This document shows positions 63,330 to 64,000 of a stretch of DNA of 64,000 bases, piece after piece (the first letter of the stretch is position 1; each line of letters starts with the position of its first letter). The notes below the pieces were generated by a model, which did not search any database, had not been told where the DNA came from, and saw only the letters and a program-made list of their open reading frames with translations. The DNA lies in the NCBI RefSeq assembly GCF_009834535.1, contig NC_045707.1:52516001-52580000 (forward strand), read 5' to 3'. Position numbers and translations under genes: made by a program. This DNA comes from Camelus ferus. Lineage: Eukaryota.

Positions 63330-63960
63330 CTCAATTCTGGTGCCAGTGTCAATTCATGCACCGGTGTTCCTGGGTGCAATTGAACACACTTGCACACACA
63401 CCCGCACACACGTTCAACTCATCCTTCAGTCCCCATGACTGTCTCCCTCTCTTCAGTCTGAAAGCCATTTCCCTCAGCGTCGAAGTAAGATCACAAAATA
63501 GTGAGACCCAGGGTTCTCCCATCACCCATCAGACTGCTGATCCCTGTGGGGCAGTCCTGCCTTTGCTATGCTTGCTCCTAATACAGTTCTTTAATTCTTG
63601 TTTGAGTCGTGGGTTTGGAGGGTCACTGCAGAAGGTTGTCCACTTCTGGGGTCTTAGTGGACACCCTTTCCTTCCGTTCCTTTCCATCCCTTTCCTCCTC
63701 CTCTGATGCTCTTCTGGGCAACGTTACAGCCCCCTTCCGTTATAGCCTGGGTCCTTCTGCACAGCACTGGTCCCCTCACCAAATGTCTGCCTTGAACTGG
63801 TCACAGGGCTCTGACTCCAACCCTCGCCCTCGCTCTGTACCTGACACCCCAGCCGCCTCTTCCCTCTAAACCTTTGACATGCAAATGCATCATCTTTTTT
63901 ATGACATCACGTGAGCCCCTCTTCTGTGGCCTCTTTTGTTGCACGTGGTTTTCCCTGCCA
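63330..63960 (+). mobile_element. Degraded L2 internal fragment
   Basis: Pyrimidine-rich, with gtggacaccctttcctt and ctgactccaaccc...ctctgtacctga motifs. Confidence 0.45.
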
Positions 63961-64000
63961 CGTGAACTTCTCAAATAAAATAGGACGACCCTTCCACAGT

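Noticed and set aside
1..64000. CRISPR arrays, operons, tRNA or rRNA genes
   Set aside because: The sequence is mammalian; I saw no repeat-spacer array or structural RNA gene.

Overview
Mammalian genomic DNA, not microbial. The L1 3'-end types and the absence of Alu, Bov-tA, PRE-1 or SINEC point to a cetartiodactyl, probably a camelid (inference). Most of the window is repeat-interspersed non-coding sequence: L1, L2, MIR, MaLR/ERVL, MER21, a MER41-like LTR, MER58, microsatellites, and several AT/TAAT-rich blocks resembling conserved enhancers. I see no intact protein-coding gene; the long ORFs in the track come from repeats. The main result came from reading minus-strand splice sites by hand: a chain of about 10 well-supported exons plus about 5 weaker ones, from 13488 down to 222 and continuing off the left edge. 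The well-supported exons join in matching reading phase in stretches, and the chain closes end to end if some weak exons are included. The reconstructed protein starts with a PWI-like domain (RBM26/ZC3H14-type pattern) and has an EF-hand-like segment. It also carries many in-frame stops and no in-frame ATG. This looks like a decayed intron-containing (non-processed) gene that I cannot name, with well-kept splice sites. All family names are from memory, not from database searches, and repeat boundaries are approximate.
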